Of a DNA stretch of 64,000 nt, positions 62,672-64,000 are shown one piece after another. This stretch comes from Vermamoeba vermiformis (taxonomy: Eukaryota), in NCBI GenBank assembly GCA_045837725.1, contig JBEWZL010000200.1, forward strand, positions 62,001 to 126,000, given 5' to 3'. Each line of letters begins with the position of its first letter. The stretch's first letter is position 1. The notes under the pieces were generated by a model. It saw only the letters and a program-made list of their open reading frames with translations, was not told the DNA's origin and ran no database searches. A program made the translations under genes and the position numbers.

Positions 62672-64000
62672 ATGTCGGAGAAAGAAGAAAAACAACAGGC
62701 TCAAGAGGAACAGGAAGAGCAACAAAATAATAATAACAATAACATGGACGAAGATAGCGATGAAGAAGACGAGGGCATTAATCAGGTAATTAAGGAGCCT
62801 CAAACAAATTGGAACTCTTCAAATTTACTGAAAATCTTCGAGAAAATAAGGTTCAAATTTAGCTTTTGTGCCTCTAAATGCCATAATATACGCGTTCATA
62901 ATTATCAACGATTTTTTCGCCTTTTAGCAAGCAAGAGAAGCATTGCTTCAGCACATCCTCAGAAATGTTTTCCACGTGCGAGCCAATTCTGAAACAAACG
63001 AAGATTTAGTGCAGCACTTGCAAAAGAGCGGGCTGTTGAAGAACGAAAGGATTATTAAAGGTAATTATTTTAATGAAAAGAACAAAACTTTTCAAACTCC
63101 GAACCAAAAGTTCATTGGATCCGCCTATTTAACTCAAATGGCGGTACCAATCCTCATTAATGTTAATACATGTCATAATCAGTTGTTTGAGAGAAATATT
63201 TGCCCTTTGCTTCCCTGTCTATCGTTCAAAATTTGATGCAAATTTGGCGCTCTTTTTCGTAGCTTATTACAAATACAAAAACTGATAATATCAACAGTAA
63301 TATAATATAAAATGATTAACAACGTTATTTTTACTTACATTAGCCTTCTCCGCGATAAGGGTGTTCAATTTTGAATTTTCTATTTTCAGTGAATTAACCC
63401 TTTTCCTTTTTTAGCAATGCTGGCCATACCACGAGGTCTCTTCGTAACCGATGATGTACGCGATGAGGCCTATATTGATACGCCGCTACGTCTCGCCAAA
63501 CACAACTTCAACTTCAGCGCGCCACACATGTACGCGATGTGCTTGGAGAACCTCGACATTCAACCAGGGCATGCAGTGCTGGATATAGGTAGTGGTACCG
63601 GCCACTTTACTGCAGTAAGTATATAACGTCACTATAATCATTACAACTAGCGCTAACGTCCGTTACAAAATCGATCGAACATCATTTTCGTTCCGTTACA
63701 AAAATTTATCAAATTTATTTTTCATCGTTGAAATTCTCAGAAGTGATCGCCTATTATCGCGCTTCGTTGCTCCAGTGACTCAAATTTCCTATTTATAGCT
63801 ATCAGCGTTCTTAGCGGGTCCGAATGGTTTCGCGCACGGAGTGGATTTGTTCCAGTACATTATCGACTTTGCCGAGAGTAATGTAAAGAAAGTAACAGCC
63901 GTAACTGGTAAACCGAATCAAAAATATAGTTGCCTGGATGTTAATTATTGACGAATACTTTGCAGGAATTCAATTCCCTAACTTGAAGTTCTTCGTGCGA
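62672..64000 (+). CDS. Protein-L-isoaspartate O-methyltransferase-domain (PCMT/PCMTD-like) protein, runs off the window end
   Basis: NEDLVQHL, AYIDTP, SAPHMYAMCLE, VLDIGSGTG, HGVDL. Confidence 0.85.

Noticed and set aside
62720-62745. AAT/AAC microsatellite
   Set aside because: Short poly-Asn coding tract, ordinary low complexity
1-64000. CRISPR arrays, rRNA, tRNA, prokaryotic operons or defence systems
   Set aside because: None seen; the DNA is intron-rich eukaryotic sequence and the RT belongs to a retrotransposon, not a retron or DGR

Overview
This is eukaryotic, gene-dense, intron-rich DNA (AT-rich GT-AG introns, mostly 50-100 nt; standard code). It most plausibly comes from a free-living amoeboid protist, inferred from an Entamoeba-TMK-like receptor kinase. 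Host genes: a partial TTBK/CK1-group kinase, two F-box/LRR genes, a ~35-exon LRR receptor kinase, a 2OG-Fe(II) oxygenase-like gene, a ~14-kb array of secreted double-WSC genes in head-to-head pairs, a TIP30-like reductase, a propeller-RasGAP-like-redoxin fusion, TPR-F-box-DUF1963, tandem paralogue families, a beta-helix protein, a SPRY/F-box protein, PP5, ERG28-like, Kazal and PCMT-like genes. Highlights: (1) a young Ngaro-type tyrosine-recombinase retrotransposon (19056-23740, split direct repeats A1..B1A2B2) whose recombinase gene carries an in-frame, stop-free spliceosomal-type intron and whose gag-pol overlap has a canonical-looking -1 frameshift signal; (2) a 17-bp motif at a near-fixed distance upstream of 7 WSC genes; (3) a 915-bp CACTG-ended DNA transposon interrupting an F-box gene; (4) an intron-containing fragment of another gene inserted antisense into a WSC gene. 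Gene models were read by eye, exon boundaries are approximate, and no database searches were run.
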